Shown here: piece after piece, positions 61,708-64,000 of the stretch
How positions within the stretch are numbered: the stretch's first letter is position 1
Layout of the letters: every line of letters starts with the position of its first letter
DNA from: an uncultured Chloroflexia bacterium
GTDB lineage: Bacteria > Chloroflexota > Limnocylindria > Limnocylindrales > CSP1-4
DNA length: 64,000 nt
Direction of reading: 5' to 3'
NCBI GenBank assembly: GCA_963713975.1
Contig: OY970218.1
Coordinates: forward strand, 608,001 to 672,000
Notes under the pieces: generated by a model
What the model was told of the DNA's origin: nothing
Seen by the model: only the letters and a program-made list of their open reading frames with translations
The model's database searches: none
Made by a program: the position numbers and the translations under genes

Positions 61708-62115
61708 ATGCCTGTGCTCAACCAGCAGTCGCGAACCACCCTTGCCGCGATCCGCGGGGTCCACTCGGCCGTGTTCCTGGTGGAGCTCGCATCGATCCTG
61801 TGGCTGGTCGCCAGCGGCCTCATCGGGCGTCGCGACCGGAGCGTCGCGGTCGCCGCAGCGCTCGTCGCGGCCGAGGCGGCCGTGTTCGTCACCAACGACG
61901 GGGTGTGTCCGCTGACCCCGCTCGCGGAGCGCCATGGGGCACGGCGCGGCAGCGTGTCGGACATCTTCCTGCCCGACGCCATCGCGCGGACCATCCCGAT
62001 CTGGTCGAGCGCCCTCGTGACGCTGGGCGTCCTGCTCCACGTGCGGGGCTGGTGGCGGGAGCGCATGGGAGTCGAACCCACCGCGCGACGCCGGGCGCCG
62101 CGCCAACGGTGTTGA
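61708..62115 (+). CDS. small membrane protein whose 3' end runs antisense into tRNA-Sec
   Basis: hydrophobic segments, N...CPLT.LAE motif; the last ~20 codons are the reverse complement of selC. Confidence 0.6.
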   Translation: MPVLNQQSRTTLAAIRGVHSAVFLVELASILWLVASGLIGRRDRSVAVAAALVAAEAAVFVTNDGVCPLTPLAERHGARRGSVSDIFLPDAIARTIPIWSSALVTLGVLLHVRGWWRERMGVEPTARRRAPRQRC

Positions 62116-62149
62116 AGACCGCGCAGGCCACCGGGCCCACTCCGCTCCC
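62053..62149 (-). tRNA. selC: tRNA-Sec (anticodon UCA)
   Basis: 97 nt GGGAGCG...CTTCAAC anticodon loop...long variable arm...GGTTCGACTCC...CGCTCCC-G-CCA; 6-bp D stem with 4-nt loop; encoded CCA; next to selD. Confidence 0.95.
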
Positions 62150-62185
62150 GCGGATCCGCCAGCCCACGAACGGGCCGGCCCGGGC

Positions 62186-62204
62186 AGGGTAGCGCGTCTA
62201 TCAT
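62186..62204. promoter_or_regulatory. back-to-back -10 elements for selC (TACCCT, minus) and leaderless selD (TATCAT, plus)
   Basis: agggta at 62186-62191 and tatcat at 62199-62204, the latter 7 nt before the selD ATG. Confidence 0.55.
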
Positions 62205-62211
62205 CGCGATC

Positions 62212-63276
62212 ATGAGCCAGCGTCCCGAGAGCGCCCCGATCCGCCTCACCGAGATGACCGAATGTGGCGGCTGTGCCGCGAAGCTCGGCGCGGACCTGCT
62301 GGCGGAGGCGCTCGCGGGGCTCGGAGCCGGCCCGTCCATGACCGATCCGGATCTCATCGCCGGTCTGGACCCGCCCGACGACGCGGCCGCGTACCGGCTC
62401 TCGGATGACCTGGCGGTCGTGGCCACGCTCGACTTCTTTCCGCCGCTCGTCGATGATCCAGCCACTTACGGCGAGATCGCGGCCGCCAATGCCCTCTCGG
62501 ACGTGTTCGCCATGGGCGGGCGGGTGCTGTTCGCGCTGTCGATCGCGGCCTTCCCGGAGGACTTTCCGAAACAGGCACTGGCCGCGATCCTCGAGGCCGC
62601 AGCGTCGAAGGTCCACGAGGCGGGTGGCGTGCTGGCGGGGGGCCACACGATCCGGGACCCGGAACCCAAGTACGGCCTGGCGGTCATCGGCGCCGCCCAC
62701 CCGGACCGCCTGTTCCGCAAGGGCGGCGCCAGGCCCGGCGACGCGCTCATCCTGACCAAGCGGCTGGGGACGGGCCTCCTGGTCAGCGGCCGGCGGTCCG
62801 GACAGACCTCGGACGCGGATCTCGAGGCCGCGATCATGCAGATGCGGACCCTCAATCGCGCCGCGTCGGAAGTCCTGGCGCGGCACGCGATCCGCGGCGC
62901 GACCGACGTGACGGGGTTCGGGCTGCTGGGACACGGCCTCGAGATGGCACGGGCGTCCGAGGCCCGGCTCGTGTTCGAGGCGGGCGCCCTGCCGACCCTC
63001 GATGGGGCGCTGCACCTGGCCCGTGCGGGCGCGGAGACCGACGGGGCTGGGCACAACCGGCGCTTCACAGGTTCGTCACTGACCGTCGGGGAGGGCGTGG
63101 GGCCGGAGGTCGTTGCCCTGGCCCACGATCCGCAGACCTCCGGCGGCCTCCTGGCCGCGGTCCCGCCGAAGGACCTGGTGCGGGTGATGGACGACCTCGC
63201 CGCGGCCGGCGTGACCGCGTGGCGCATCGGCGAGGTGGAGGCCGGCGCACCGGCGGTAGAGCTGCGGTCGAGCTGA
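62212..63276 (+). CDS. selD: selenide, water dikinase (Cys-type)
   Basis: CGGCAAKL (TGT codons, no UGA), DDAA, DFFPP, ANALSDVFAMGG, TDVTGFGLLGH, DPQTSGGLL. Confidence 0.96.
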   Translation: MSQRPESAPIRLTEMTECGGCAAKLGADLLAEALAGLGAGPSMTDPDLIAGLDPPDDAAAYRLSDDLAVVATLDFFPPLVDDPATYGEIAAANALSDVFAMGGRVLFALSIAAFPEDFPKQALAAILEAAASKVHEAGGVLAGGHTIRDPEPKYGLAVIGAAHPDRLFRKGGARPGDALILTKRLGTGLLVSGRRSGQTSDADLEAAIMQMRTLNRAASEVLARHAIRGATDVTGFGLLGHGLEMARASEARLVFEAGALPTLDGALHLARAGAETDGAGHNRRFTGSSLTVGEGVGPEVVALAHDPQTSGGLLAAVPPKDLVRVMDDLAAAGVTAWRIGEVEAGAPAVELRSS

Positions 63277-63303
63277 TCCGCCACCGGAACGAACCCGGCC
63301 TGG

Positions 63304-64000
63304 CTATTCCTCGTGCAGCTCCGCGTCGGCCGCCGCGAGGATCCGCTCCACCTCCGCGAGGGTCGCCTCGGGCACCGGGTCCACCAACGGCCCGTCCAGG
63401 ATCTCCCGCACCCGCTCCCGGGCCCGGTCGTACATCGTGGGCTTGCCCATGGCGTGCCACGCGTCGTAGCTCGCCCGGCTGATCAGCGCCGGCTCGTAGA
63501 ACTCCCCGCTGCGGGCCGCCTTGCGGGTGGCCTGCATGGCCAGGAAGTTGCCACCCGGCCCGACCTCCGCGATGTCCTCGTACAGCTCGGCGCCATCCCG
63601 CCCGTCCACGCCCTCGTGCAGGCGAAGGGCGAGATGGGCAAGCTCGTTGTCCACGAGGATCTGCTCCAGGACCAGCGTCTGGTCGCCGTCGAGCTCCCCG
63701 TAGCCGACCACGATGTCGGCACCCGCCGAGAGCGAGGGCAGCATCGTGATGAACTTCTCGATGCAGGCCTCGGGCCCGATGTCGTGGGCATCCGTGGCGC
63801 AGCCGGCGCCCATCGTGGGAAGCCCGTAGAAGCGGCCCATCGTGGTGAGGGCGGCGGACTGGATCCCCATCTCGGGCGTGCCCGCCAGGAACGCGCCGCT
63901 CCGGAAGTCCATCGAGCCCACGGCGCTGCCGTAGATCAGCGGCCGTCCGGGGTTCGCCACCTCGAAGATGACGATGGACGAGAGGGCCTCGGCATTCGCG
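63304..64000 (-). CDS. third MttB-family methyltransferase, 5'-truncated by the window edge
   Basis: ANAEAL, MDFRSG, YGLP..GAGCATD, EQILVDNE, IAEVGPGGNFL; frame open to 64000. Confidence 0.85.
   Translation of the reverse strand, partial: ANAEALSSIVIFEVANPGRPLIYGSAVGSMDFRSGAFLAGTPEMGIQSAALTTMGRFYGLPTMGAGCATDAHDIGPEACIEKFITMLPSLSAGADIVVGYGELDGDQTLVLEQILVDNELAHLALRLHEGVDGRDGAELYEDIAEVGPGGNFLAMQATRKAARSGEFYEPALISRASYDAWHAMGKPTMYDRARERVREILDGPLVDPVPEATLAEVERILAAADAELHEE

Noticed and set aside
62212-62290. SelD as a selenoprotein
   Set aside because: Both active-site-region codons are TGT (CGGC); there is no in-frame TGA.
57548-64000. Pyrrolysine (UAG) or Sec (UGA) read-through in the MttB genes
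   Set aside because: The ORFs are uninterrupted, the Pyl-equivalent site is Gly/Gly/Ala, and the terminal stops fall at normal family length.
1-64000. A selenoprotein gene with UGA plus SECIS in the window
   Set aside because: No gene looks truncated at a Cys-equivalent TGA. Sec targets (e.g. a formate dehydrogenase) are presumably elsewhere; a bSECIS scan would be needed to be certain.

Overview
Very GC-rich bacterial chromosomal segment. Its gene content and style suggest Chloroflexota (Limnocylindria-like), but that is inference only. No integrase, transposase, CRISPR array or rRNA was seen. Left to right: ABC-2 exporter operon; pseudouridine catabolism genes (psuG and a PfkB kinase) around an S9 peptidase; a pentose-phosphate cluster (tkt, rpiB, gnd, zwf, opcA, pgl); a MacB-type exporter module with a divergent two-component system; citrate synthase, CorA, LCP and photolyase; a sulfonate/nitrate-type ABC importer with an Rrf2 regulator; a membrane-anchored SbcCD/YhaON-like pair; MFS and methyltransferase; a second two-component system; an amidohydrolase; an ECF sigma/anti-sigma pair. 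The last ~15 kb holds a complete selenocysteine machinery (selA, selB, selC tRNA-Sec, Cys-type selD, plus mobA and a TehB-like methyltransferase). It is interleaved with a PotABCD-type importer, three pyrrolysine-free MttB-family methyltransferases and an FAD oxidase, and is the best candidate for an undescribed system. Other notable signals are pervasive leaderless-type promoters (TANNNT 6-7 nt before start codons), an atypical tRNA-Sec acceptor stem, and several long unexplained intergenic hairpins. Start codons were refined by eye, and all family calls come from motif recognition, not database searches.
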